A stretch of 62,710 nt of DNA, the filler included, from Bipalium vagum (Eukaryota), in assembly GCA_037834085.1 (NCBI GenBank). It is 3 parts of 3 records of this genome, joined end to end, with 100 filler letters (N's around TTAATTAATTAA, not from the genome) between each part and the next. Parts side by side here need not be neighbours in the genome. Positions count along the whole stretch, not along the records: positions 1 to 19,532 come from JBBMKC010000975.1; 2 more parts are not named here. The stretch is one strand, 5' to 3'. A model generated the notes under the pieces. It saw only the letters and a list, made by a program, of their open reading frames with translations. It was not told where the DNA came from and made no database searches. Shown here piece after piece: positions 1 through 13,900 of this stretch (positions are counted from its first letter, which is position 1; each line of letters begins with the position of its first letter). A program made the position numbers and the translations under genes.

Positions 1-64
<64 letters not shown>

Positions 65-77
65 ATAATAATAATAA
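1..77. repeat. (TAT)n microsatellite switching to (AAT)n
   Basis: Directly visible trinucleotide repeat at the window start. Confidence 0.95.
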
Positions 78-82
78 ATTAC

Positions 83-454
83 CCAATTGTCTATTATTTT
101 CCATTTTCGCTTGATCAGAGTTCATTGTACTGGTGTTCTTCTTTTCTTTCTGTAAATTGTTAAAGTCAGTCTGCCAGAAAATGGAAATCATTAATATTAT
201 AAAAAAATATTGAAATTCACCATAAATATTTTCAATTGTTGATTAACAAACTCCGCTGAAAGATTTTTTATATCATTATCGATATATTTCGTTGACGTTT
301 TGAAGTTCTTTTCCAGCATACTGTTTTGTTTTAATAGCTTTCTTTCGTTTTGATGACAAATCTCTTTGATTTTCGCATCAACGCTACTTTGGGACATAAT
401 CTTGCCGGTTCTCCATTTACAACCGCTTCGGAAATTGATATTTCCAAAATCCAT
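83..454 (-). CDS. Uncharacterised charged protein, 5' part; exons 454-221 and 170-83, continuing off the left edge
   Basis: ORF MDFGNINFRSG...LKIFM, a 50-nt GT-AG intron (220-171), in-frame exon TDFNNLQKEKKNTSTMNSDQAKMENNRQL, then a GTAATT donor at 82. An X-box lies ~50 nt upstream. Confidence 0.55.
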
Positions 455-505
455 GGCAGTCTATAAATTAAGAACGTGAATAAAACAATGGAAATGTTTT
501 TTTGT

Positions 506-519
506 ATCGTTATAGAGAC
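506..519. promoter_or_regulatory. RFX X-box candidate
   Basis: ATCGTTATAGAGAC matches the 14-nt RYYNYYWWRRNRAC X-box consensus at every position, ~50 nt upstream of the minus-strand ATG at 454. Confidence 0.5.
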
Positions 520-1972
520 TGCATCAACAGTTTCAGAGCCTACATTTATACACGAATAGATTTATCGTAGAAAATTGTGTGCAACAAGTCTTGAAAACAA
601 TAAAAAAATTAAATCATTTATATTTCTTCATTATTATTTTCGACTTGTCAATGCATAAAAAATCGCCAACATTATATTGTGAATAAAATAACAAGAAATA
701 TATAATGCTGTGCTTACATACAGCTTATGACGTACATATACATGTATGTGAACTATTTTTAATAATAATAAATTTATTAACTTTGTGAGAAAATTTGTCC
801 AAAAAGAGAATTTGGAAGAAAAGATAATTTATTTAAAATCATATTTGAAATCAAAAAAATTTAATTGACCAAACTCAGAATTAAAAAATATATAAATTTA
901 GATGAAATTATTATTTATTTATTTATTTTATTTTATTTTTACCATTTATATATGTCGAATTACAAAAGACCTGGTATTAATGTTAAAGATGATATATGAT
1001 TGAATATGGAATATAAATCAGAAGTTCCAATAATTAATGTTTTCTTGAATCCTATATTTATAATTTCTTTTATTAAATTCGTAATTCACTGATCTTATTT
1101 TTACTTTTTTATAAAAGATGAGTCTTGTTTTATATAATGATTTACAAAAACTTCTACAAATTGTATAATCAAATGACTAATCCATAAAAATGAAGAAATA
1201 AAAAACTAAAATCATATTTTTAACCAAAGTAAGACGCAATATCAAATTTTCAAGCAATCAAAAAATTATTTTAATTTTTTTATTTTGTTATTTAAGCCTT
1301 GAATCTACTTCTGGGTCCCCTTGTAAAAATCCAGCTGCATCATCGAGGAAAAATAAAATAATTACTGGGTTCGTCTTCGGTCTCGTCTTCTGCGGGCGCG
1401 GGAATATCCTTGTACTCTTTTTGGTCTTCTGTGTTTCGCCTTCGTTTAGTTCGTCCTGAGTTGTCTTTCACGTTTTCTTGTTTTTCGGCTTTTCTGGTTA
1501 TTAACTGGAATAGCCGTCTCCTTTTATAGTCGTAGAGATATCAATTTATGTTTTCTTTTATAAAAATATTGAATACAGACATAATAAACACCCTACATAT
1601 CCTCCACTTCTGGTTTTTCTTTAAATAGGAATTTTACAAATGGTAGTAGTTTATTTATTTATTTCCTGATTTTGATAAATTTAAGTAACATTAATTTTTT
1701 ATATATATACATATTCTAGGTATTTTTATAAGTATTATTAATATATCCATAATATAAACTTTCTTTAAAATTAATAGTATCATTATTTCGGCTATAAATA
1801 AAAATGGGTGAAATATAATTCCATCAGCCAAAAAGACTTCAAAATATTATTTTTTAAATATTAATTAAAACCAAAAATTAAAACTATTGACCTTGAAGAT
1901 TGTTTTAATTAAGCAAACTGATATATATTATCGATAAGTTAAATTTTAACTTTCGTTAATTAATTTGAACTG

Positions 1973-4900
1973 ATGATATTTAGTCGCGTTACAAAGGTCT
2001 TTTTTATCTTAATAAACAAATTAATTAGTTCTAGAAGTTTCCCTTATGCCGAAGAATCGTTACTAGTTCATATCCTGATATAACATTTCAAAAGAAAACA
2101 ATTGCTGAAACATTTTTCTCATATTGCGAAAAATATTCCAATAGAATTGCATTTGTTAGACATAATTTTAATAAATAATGTCTTTTTAATTTCTTACATT
2201 TTTACATTTGAATGTTACTTGACATTAGAATGTGAAGCCCGTTCAAAAAGAAAAATGATATATTAATAATTGATACTTTTAATCTCAATATAATATAATA
2301 AAAATTTTGGTAATAAAACCATAGATATCAAAATTATCAATATCTTCGAAAAGATATTGTAGATCAATCATAATGATCTCTTTGGAATACTGCTGTTACT
2401 TGGGAGTCGAATCGTGGAGTTGTGGGAATATTAAAGACTTGAATTTACTGGATCTCATGATGCGTATTAAAGTTATGATTTGTAAATAAATATTTCCAAT
2501 AATATTGGAGATAGTAAATTTTATTTATTTTACATATTTCAATAGATATTTAGAAATGTGGAGAAAATGTGAAATTAATGATTTCTCGTGAATAACTGTT
2601 GAAACTGTTTATTTATTTTAAACTTTTGTTTAAAGATGTTTAATATTAATGATAAATGTAAATTATCATAAAAGATAATTTTTAAAATGTAGTAAATAGA
2701 ATTAATTTTCTATTTTAGGTTGATGATGATAAGAATGTTAACTACACTTACTGGGATGTTCAGAAATCTATCAAGGGTATTGCGAGTGCCTTAACAAAAA
2801 ATGGTGTTAATGAAAACTCTGTGTGCGGAATAATTGCCTCAAATTGTCCAGAATATCTTATGGTGCAAGCTGCCCTATCAAGTATGGGATGCCCACCCGT
2901 TCCCTGTAATCCAAATTTCACGGAAAGTAATTATGAAATTATTTTTTTTTATCTTTGTAAATATTTCATTTATTTTTCTAAGGGTAGGATTAAAATATAC
3001 TTTATATTAATCAATTTCATACATCAAAAAGACAATATGAACCAATGCAAAAGATATCGAAAATGTCTACAACATATTCAGAAATTCGTTTTAACTTATT
3101 TGGGAAAGCTTTAATATTTATCAAAAATTATATTTTAGTACCTGAAAAATTATCAGTAAGAAGCATAAATGATCACATGTACGAGTTGTTGTAAATTTCT
3201 TATCTATACAGAACGAGTAAAATCCATTCTTAAAAATGGTAACAGCAGGAAATGAAAAATGAATCGTTTATAAAATTAATAAAGTAGCAAAATGTATGTA
3301 ATGTCAAAAAATCTCCAATGTGCCATCGTGAAGCAGGTTTGAGTAACGGAAATGTTTTACTTTTCCATATATGATATTGAGAACATTATATATTATGATT
3401 GTATAGTTACCACTAAAACCATTATTGCTGTTGGGTATTGTCATGGAATATATGACCTCTAAAATATTATTTTAAATGAATTTAAAAATAAAACCATCTT
3501 ATTAAGCAACATATGTTCGATAATCTTTTTCCCTGGATTGAGAAGTTTTATATGATGTCAGCAGGAATATTAATTCAGTGGAATCTTCACTGACATACTT
3601 TCAAGGTGATTTTCAATGTATAATAAAAAGTGTAAATATTTGTGAACTAAACGAAAACGAAAATTGTGGGAGGTTAAAAGATCATAATGAAATTCAGATC
3701 ATCTTTCATTTGAAAGAGTTGACTACCACACTCAACAGAAATAGTGACTTTATCGATTGGCAGAAACTCAACAAATACTCGTGAAGAAACCCGTAATTCT
3801 TAACGTATTGAAAAACTCTTGAGATACTAACCTGAAATAATAGAAAATTATTATGAAAATAATTAATTAACTGAAATAATATTTTTATTATTAACTAGGT
3901 GAAATAATTACGCTGTTGACTGATGCAAAGCCTTCAATTTTATTTTCAACGGAAGATGTTCTAGAAAAAGTTTCGAAAGTTGCTTCTCAAATTTCTTATG
4001 TCAAGGTATTTTTATACAAACATATCTCAAACTATATAACGGACTTCTTATTCAGATTAAACTCAATTTTTGTCTTAATTTTCTAAAAAAAATTTAAAAC
4101 AAAATTACAAAAAAAATAAAATAAATCAATATTTTCCGATTAAAACTTAAATATTTTTTCTATTATGAACTGTAAAATATTTCAAGTTTCAAATATTTGG
4201 TTGATAAGAAGTTAATGTATTTGCAGTGCCTTACAAATTAAATAATTTAATGTTCTAAATCAAACACATTTTCTGTACGGACTACATAAATAGAGCTTCA
4301 ATCAAATTACACATTTCACATTTATTCGTGTCACAAAATTTTCTATTGGTCGAATTTAAGGTTTTCGACGATCAGAAATATTATAAATAACAGTGCAATT
4401 TTGTTAATAAAAAGTCTACGGATCTGATGCGGTACAATTTCATAAAGTACGACGATTTGTGGGATCTCGAGAGAAGAATTAGACATTGGAAGATGATTTT
4501 TCAACTATTCCGTTCGCCGCAATATTATCTGAATGATAAATCATTGCTGGAGAATGTGATTAAAACTCTTAAAGTGAATACTTCTTCATCTAAAAATTGT
4601 CTAGTATTAAGAATAAATCGCTTTCATCTGGGTTATCCAAATCTTGAGGATCGATTTTAAATATGGTCTTTATTGTTTTTTTTATATTTATATATATTAT
4701 AATTAGGCTGTGTTATATGTTAAATATAATATTTTATAATTAAAAACAATTTGAAAAAATAAATACGATAATACATTATATAAGCAACATTTTTATGACT
4801 TATTTAATATAAATATGACAGGACATATATCTGTTCGGAAATCGAAGGCCTGGTTATAAATCAGTTGATGAATTGATGAATGATTCCGGCAATATGAATC

Positions 4901-7900
4901 CGATAGGACAATTAAAATTAGATCTGGATGAGCAGATTGCAATCATGCCATATTCAAGTGGCACAACAGGGTTTCCTAAAGGGGTTATGCTCACTCATTC
5001 TAACCTTGTTTCAAATTTTTATCAATTAAAGTAGGTTGAATTTATTAATGGAAATAATGAACATTTTCTAATAGTAAGGCATTTCCTCTCACTAATAACA
5101 TGGTTATGTTAATGACTTTACCTCTTTATCATGTATATGGAAGTATTATAATTCCTGGTTTGGGAATTTTTTCTGGTTCAAAAATTGTATTTCAGTCCCG
5201 TTTCGAACCAAAAAGGTTTTTGAACGCCATTGAAAAAAATAAAGTTAGATGATTTATGTTTAGTTATTATTAATGGCCTTATAATAAGAAATAATACATT
5301 TTACAATCAGGTAGACATTCGTTTTTATAAATATTAATCTAACTCTGGTTATTATTATCTACAATTGTACTTAATTTCATATAACTGCAAATATACTATA
5401 AAATATCATAAGGTGGTTTTGATGTGTAAATCATTTCGAAGAAAACAATTTTTAATAAAAAGGAAAACTAAAAATTGTTAAAGGAAGTTAGGTTAATCCA
5501 AAATATTTCCATAAAAAACGTGATTTTAGATATTTTCGGATCACCAATCAATAATAATTTGAAATCGAAAGAATTTTAATAATCATGTTAGGATATTATG
5601 TTAGCTCAATATTTGGATTCCACATTAACTGAGGGAAATCCAGTTAACTCAACAAATCAATATTTGTAAAATACTCCTTAAAGTGAATCAAAATAATCAA
5701 TTTTTTTAAGACTTGAAAACCGTTGATATAAAGTGAGTTATTTTCAATAATGTTCAACTTAAAAGTCAATAATATTAAAACATGATTTGAATAAGAAAAG
5801 ATTGCTATCCGTATGATTGGATTATAAAACCATTGTATACTTGAATCTCTTACCACTTAACAGAACATTTAATTCCAATGTTTACTGATGCGAACTATCA
5901 ACATTAAACAATTGTTTGTGTAAGAAACATTCAGAATTGGTACATCGTAGAGACGTATTTTATAAAAAAAAACATCAAATGTCCCACATCTCATGCTACT
6001 CGTTTGCATACTAAAAGTTTTGAAAAGAATAATATTTAGATAAAAGTTATACATTATTTCTTATTGAAAAACTTTAAACAAGAACGTTACGACATACCTA
6101 CTATAATTATAAATATAGATCAGATTTGATAATGGCGTTTAACAAAAATGTCTTGATGACAATTGATAGTATCATTAAATAGGCTCAACTTAATATTTTC
6201 TCATTATTTGATACAGAATGAAAATAAAATCTAATTGATTGTTGAAAAAAAACAATTGATATTTTAAATACTCAGAAAATATATTAAAAATAATAATATT
6301 GACTATAAAGATATTTTGGTTCAGTATTTATTAATTATTATTCTTGAAATAATAATAATAATGTATAATTTCATTAAAAATATTAAATATCTAACCCACT
6401 ATATTAAAATATTTTATTTTAATAGATAAACATGCTGTTTTTGGTACCTCCTCAAATTTCATTTATTCTCAACGACTCCCAAGTGATGAGATACGATCTT
6501 TCTTCATTGTCAAAGTGTATTACTTCCTCAGCACCCCTAGACTGTTTAACTCAAAAACGCTTTGTTGATAAGATAAGAAGTTTCCAACCTAATTTTAATA
6601 TTTATCAAGGTTGAAATGATTTTTTTTTCAGTTAATTTTTAATTACACTTGTTTTTAATGAACATACTACTTATCATTTTACTGGCTTGCATTGAAATTA
6701 TTACATCTGTTGTTTAATCAATCTAATTTAACAGATATCAAAATTTTTGTATTTAAATAGGTCAGTAAATAATTCATGAATGATAAGAAACACGCATAAT
6801 ACATTTATCCATATTACTGGAAATAGACAAATACAAGTTTGAAATAGGTCGAAAAGTAGAACTTCGTAAAGGAAAAATAAGTTTCAGTTAAACATTCTTT
6901 ATTGTCTAGTCACCTAATCTTCTAAATTAATAGTATGCCGAGTAAAATCCAAGATTGTGTCTAAAGATGGGTGACTCTAAGCACTATTGAAATCTCTATG
7001 TTTCCATATAAATGTATTTATTCAGTGCAATTTGATTAAATATTTTTATTTTTCAGTTTGAATTTTTTAATGGTGCTCTTTTTTTGAAAATCAGTATAAA
7101 AATTATGATACAATACTGTTTATAGTATTCTCATGATATTATTATATTAAGAAATAAGTTATTTCGTATTTTGATAATATATTCAAATCAACACAGAAAA
7201 ATAAGTTTTCCATCGAACTGGACAATTTGTGAATTTTGACAATTTTAGAGAATCCATTTCTCATCTCCAGTTATCAATCAATCATAAAATTGATCGGTTT
7301 GTAATTAGGAGAGTAGTACATCACATTGTATTTATTCAAAATCTATTCTCATTTGTCAATTTAAACGGATTCCAAGCAATCAGTTGCTGATCTTATGAAT
7401 GTTTTTTAAAGATTTTGATATATTAAGTGGTTTCATGATCGCAAAATGTCTTGACTAAATCATATGGGATTTGATGGGGATTTAATTCGCAACATTCTTA
7501 TCATCTACTAAAGTTGGAGGTCCCTTAAATGTTCTTAGTCCCAAACTTTTGTTGAAACCAGTTTTAAACTGAAAGAGCATGCAGCGCCGAATAATCATCT
7601 TTTTAAAATCTATAGAGTAGAAATTTTAAAGTTATTAGAACAAAAGGAATGAATATTTTAAGATCAATACTTGACTGAGAAATATACATATCACTAATTC
7701 AAAATTCTTAGATTATTTTATTTTTAATTTTGAAGAAAATATAATTTATTTTTCAAACTCATAATTCTTTATTATTTTGTCAAGACTAAGGATTTTTTAC
7801 ATTAAATGTCTGCACTATTATTTTTTTGATGAATGTCATCAATTTAACTTTGAAATACGATATTTGTAACTAATAGTATGTAATATCAGCCATTTTTAAA

Positions 7901-10900
7901 TGATTAAAATCTATTTATTGATAGTATGCATAACGTGACATGTGTTTGTCTACATTATTTTAGTTTGATAATATTTAGGAGGCAATCCAAACAAATGAAT
8001 TGTTTCCTTTTAAATATATTTGATTAATAATGAACATAAGTCTTAATTTCCAAATATTTTTTATATTAGTGAAGTATATTATTGCTGTACAGAGTGTTTA
8101 TTATGTATATTAACATACTTTCATTTAAATATTTTAATAAGAAAACTCAACTTCGTAATAGTTAGTTGAAATAGCATTTATTTAAAAGAAAATAGTTATT
8201 TTCTGTACAGTGTGCTTTAGATAGTCCCACAAGAAGTATGGTGGAATTAGATTGGTCAAACACAGTATATCGTTTCCAATCAAACTATTAGAGAACTTTC
8301 TGTCCATTCCGTTTTTTACCATGTGCTATCGCATTGTTAATGATTATGAACCCTTGTTATTTAAAACAATAAAAACTAGCTCAGCATCTCAAGGTATAAC
8401 TCAGTAGTCACTATATCTTCAAAGTATGAAAAAATAATACTATCTGGAGTTAAACAGCATCACGATGTTTTTCTAAGTTTGGAGAAATTTTTATGGTTAT
8501 TTTAGGCCCAATAACCGCATTAATAGCTGTTAATCACTCAATTTAAAGTGGACTTTCATAAAATAATATGCAAACTCTACATAATAATTACAATTATTTT
8601 TTATAAATAAAATATATGAATCATTTCGTAAAAAATTATTTTCAACAAAGCTGGTTTGTTGATTTTAAATATAATAAATAAACTTTTTTCAGTGAATGTT
8701 TACACAAATAATGATAAAGAATTTAAAATGTAATACTTGATAAATTTTTCATGACTTCAATCATTTTATATTTATATGGTTGTCTTTTAAGTATTGTATA
8801 AAGACATAAAAATAAGGCAAAAAAGACTGAAAATGTTTTATTGCTGTAAAACATATTCTCCACAAGGATTTATACACTTTTCCATGAGTTAAAACCAATT
8901 GTGAAATTAGTTATTGCAATCATCAGTTGCAATAACACGCAATTTTTACATTTTGAATCTGTCGATTGCACGTTCCGGTAACTTGAACCACCAGCCACGA
9001 AGTATATTCTTGATGTTTGGAAATTTGAAAAAAGTCATCGAGACTAACCCAATAATTCTATATTAAAAGCTGAATGTGAACTAGTATTGTTGTGATGAAG
9101 AATGATTCTCCGTGTCATGTTTGTTCTTCGAAGAACTGAAAATATTTCTGGTAAACCTATTATTGTATACCATTGCGTTTTTCGATTTTGTAAAGGAATT
9201 GTAGCGATCATCTGCTTTGACACACTACGATAATGGGTAAATTTTATAAGATTCTCCTCAGATTAAAATACTCAAACACAAGAACTTTTCTTTTCAGGCT
9301 CATACGAATAAATATATGATTCATCACCACTAACAATGTTTTACATATCTTTTGTGCTTACATTATTGAATCTATTCAAGGTTTTTCGGTACCAGCTGAC
9401 GAGCTACTTTTTGTTCATCAGTTAGGAGATGTAGAATCCAATGAGAAAATAACTTCATCACATCGATTTTTTCCTGGGTACTGTATCATTGGTGCACCAC
9501 TTCTGATGTCGTGTTTGATCCTCAAGAACAGATATCATTTCAGATCGGCATTGTTCCTGTGATAATCCTTTTCGGAAATTGTACAGTATTATTTCTCGTA
9601 CATTTCCTATCGTAAATTCAATTTTTATTGATTATTTTTTCAAATAGATGCTATAAACAAAGATTTTGATATATTTAAACAAAATTTATAATTCTTAGTA
9701 TAGACCAGGGTTTCCCAATTTTTTTGGTATCGTGACCCCATTTTTGAACCAAACAAATGTTGGCGACCCCACTATATATAAAATACAATAACAATTAATT
9801 ATACTAATAATTTATTATTAATAACAAAAAATTTATTCAACCACCAAATCTTAATGAGACTGTTGATATTGTACCTCATTGACTAGCTTTAAAATACGTG
9901 GTTGCAGTTATGTTAATGCCAATATCATTTCGGCATTAACATTATTTAGTCGGTTTCTTGCTTTGCTTTTCAATTGCAAAAGTGTTGAAAATCCACTCTC
10001 ACATAGATATGTTGAAGCAAAGGGAAGTAAAATTCTAAACGCAATCATTGTGACTTTTTGATATGAGTGTTTGTACACCAGAACTGAGTTAGCAGATTTT
10101 CATCATATAAGTAGTGAGCCGCAGAATCGTTCCGAAAGTTCAAGAATTCATTTTCACATCAGGAATACTGGATATATCAATGGAATCAGAAAATGCATAT
10201 CTTACTAATAAAGCTTCTTCCTTAGTCAACTCAGGGAAATAATACACAAGCTCATTCATATTTTCTTTGTACTTCCATGAATATTTTTGATGTTTTCTTT
10301 GAACTCATAAAAACAATCAACCATATTTCCTTTTGATAACCATCGTACTTCAGTAAAATAAAAAAGAATCTCGTGATCAGAGTTCATGTTTTGGCATAAT
10401 TGCTTAAAAAGACGGCTGTTTAGAGATCTAGATTTATGTAATTTACCATTCTGATCAAAGAATCGATTGCCTCTTTCATTGGAGTTGGAAGAGTTTTACA
10501 AGCTAGAGCATATCGTTGAATCATGCAGTGTAAAGCTTTAGCTTCAGTAGCATAATCTCTTGCTCTCTTTTGAAAACCAGAATTGGATCCTATACTATAG
10601 ACGTTTGTTTTACATAATAATATTTTATTATTGTAGGTTTGTATGGACCCATATGCGAAACTTAAAAGACAGCTCTCGTATAAATTATTATTGACGATCA
10701 CTATAATTTTTTTATTTACATTACCTTATACATTAATTAATAAAGATGTCTTTAATAAATGCAAAATTTCAGCCAGGCTGATAAAAATAGTATTAACAAT
10801 ATATTAATGCAAATTAAAAAGAAAATTTTTATATTTACAAATAATTTCATTTCAAAAGGATATGGTATGACGGAAGCATCACCGTTTACACATATAATGC

Positions 10901-13900
10901 CAAATTATGAAAATCCTGACGGAAAAGATGGATCAATTGGATTACTAGGTCCAAATATGCAATGCAAAGTGAACGTTTTATTTTCCAATTTTTTATTAAG
11001 GAATAAATAGGTTTTTGACGTACTTACAAGACAAGAGGTTTTCGCAAACTCTGTTGGTGAGCTGCTGATTAAGGGACCAAACATAATGAAAGGTTACTTT
11101 GGTAAGTCAATGGAAACTGAAAATGCTTTCGAGGATTTGTGGTATAAGACAGGTTAGTTATTTATTTATTTAGTATTTACATGATAAATTTTACCTTTTT
11201 ACGTATTCATTGTACTTATTTTTATAAATACTGCTTTCAGAAATTCAGCAAATAACCAAGATCTTTACACTTATTCACAATGTAACTGAAAGATGCTTAA
11301 GCATATTTTTGTTTTACAGGTCAACTATTTTTTAATTATCAAAAGTTCATTTGAGTATATCAAAATGAAAAATGTTACAGAATAACCTTCATAATCCGTT
11401 GATTTTGTTTAAATAATTGTTTCCCAAACAAGGTACTATTTTGAAATTAAATAGAGAATTATGAAAGATGATTTTAAGTTATTTAGTCATAATAATTTTA
11501 ATAATTAGAATATTCTATGAGTATAAGTATGACTCCGTTTTTTCAAAAATGCATTAAAAATTTTTTATTGAAAAATTAAATTGATCTTGTAATTATTTGT
11601 AAAATTAAATATAACTAACCAGTTAATGATACATGATTATGATTAAACATTTTTGTTAAAATAAGACATTCAAAATGTGAAATTTTTTTCCAAAAAATAT
11701 TAATGAAAATTAATTTTCATTACACTAATAAAGAAAATCACTACCCTCGTATGAATTTGACATGATCCTTCTGCTACGACAGGCAAAAATTATTTTGACC
11801 AGAAATGAAGAAGGACAAAGAACATGGTAAATCACAACATCTTCGAAGAACTATGTTGACACAGAACCCACTATATTGAATATGACCCAGGCATGTATCT
11901 CACTTTTGACAAAAATCAAAATGATTACAAAATTAGAGAAATAGGTCTCAAATACATTGACGGAATATACATTGGAAGGCAAAATACAATATTTTATGTT
12001 CTTCTGAGACAAAAAAGGATTCTTTTTTGCTTTAGAAACTTACTGGAGACGAAAAATGGGTGCATTATGACAGTCTTAAACTCAAAACATCATGCGGATG
12101 TATGATGAACGCAGTATATCAGACTAGAAACAGAATGCCCACATGTCTAAGGTTATGGTGTGTATTAAGAGAAATTAAAAAGGTGCAATTAATTATGTAG
12201 TACTACAACCATCAGAAATCATAACTGGTGAACATTATCGATGGTAATTAATTCGTTTAAGCTAGATCTGCCTGAGAAAAGATCAGAATTAGCGGACTGA
12301 AATGAAAAGATTGTGCAAGAGGATAATGGTAAATCATCTATTCATTCAGTTGTTTAGAATTATTTAGAAGAAACTAACTGAGAAATCTGGCATCGCTAGC
12401 CATATTCAACAATTATCGCATCTTCGGATTTCAATTTTTCCGCTGGATGCCTTCATCACTTTCTGGGAAGCAGTTCAGGACCGATGAAGATCTAAAAATT
12501 GGATTGATAGCTGAATTGCTTCAAAAGAACCAGAATTTTGTTTTTCCGGAACCTTTTGTGATATGAAAAATGGGCAAAGGTCCTTGCTATTAACGGAAAT
12601 TAATTTGAAAATAAAATACAGTTGGAGTCATACTTATACACCTAACATTTCTGAAATCTTACAGATGGCAAGGAATAAATATTAATTTAATTAAGGGAAT
12701 TACTTAGATTATTTATAAATATTAAGAACACTAATATTAAGACTTAATATTAAATTGAAATAAACTGACAATATTTTATCAACTTTCATCAATAATTGAA
12801 AAATCTTAATGAAAACAAAACATTTTTATATATTCGGTTGTTCAATAAAATGCACTGACTTATTGAACAACCCAATAGTACATATACGCAGTCTGATCTT
12901 TTCAATAGAAAAGGTATCCAAAATATTAATTTAGAAAAATAATCGAAATTGTAATAAATAAATAAATAAAATATCTCAAGAATAAATATTAAATACATAA
13001 ATTTAATCACCAATGTCACCGTTAAAATTAAAAAAATTTAGTATTTTATAATTAAAATTAATATCTTAATAGGCGATGTCGGCTATTATGATACAGATAA
13101 TTACTTCTACATTTCTGATCGAATCAAGGAATTAATTAAAGTCAAAGGCTTCCAGGTATTTCAATATTTTTTATTTTGTTTTATAAATTGATATATTTAG
13201 TTTCGAAATACAAGTCCTGCATTTTTTGTCAATTAGTAAACTGAAATAATTATAATTATTATACCCAAATCGATTAAATAATATCCCGGTTTGTTAGGCG
13301 ATTATTTAATTCTATATCAATTTTTTTTATTATTGAATGAAGTAAATTAAACTGATGATATAAGAAAGTATTTTAAATATGTCTTGCTTTATTTCAAAAA
13401 AGATAAATATGACCGAAAAGCTACCTGAAACAAGTTACTGTCATCAACTCTATTACCTGCTAGAAATATTTATCGTGACTCCATTTTATGAATTTTTTCA
13501 GTCTCCATGGTAGTGCCCGAAAAGGTCATCCTATTACTACTGATGACAACGAAATCTCGGTGATTATCAAAGCACAGCAACATATCTCAACACGAGAAAT
13601 ACCACAGACCTTGGTGATTTAACATTTCATAGTTCTGAAACCCTTATAAAATCTTAGGATAACTAAAAAATGATTATTTTATCACTTACGATTTGTCCGA
13701 AAAGAAAATTTCTGATCTAATTATGATCTGAATCACTCTTAAAATACTATCCATTAGACCCATTTGTGAAACAATTTTAAGCGCCGGCAGCCACACTCTA
13801 AATTATACATATTTCTGACTGATATCCGGTTTTATTATAATTAATATATAATTCTATGTTGCAAACCTTTTTAATATAATGATATTAGTTTTGAGTTTTC

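Noticed and set aside
2821-11010. ORF-track entries 2821-3114, 6432-6614 and 10759-11010 as separate genes
   Set aside because: They are exons 3, 7 and 8 of the ligase gene read through into introns.
13501-13514. X-box-like GTCTCCATGGTAGT
   Set aside because: Inside a mariner fragment in an intron, far from any start codon, and imperfect.
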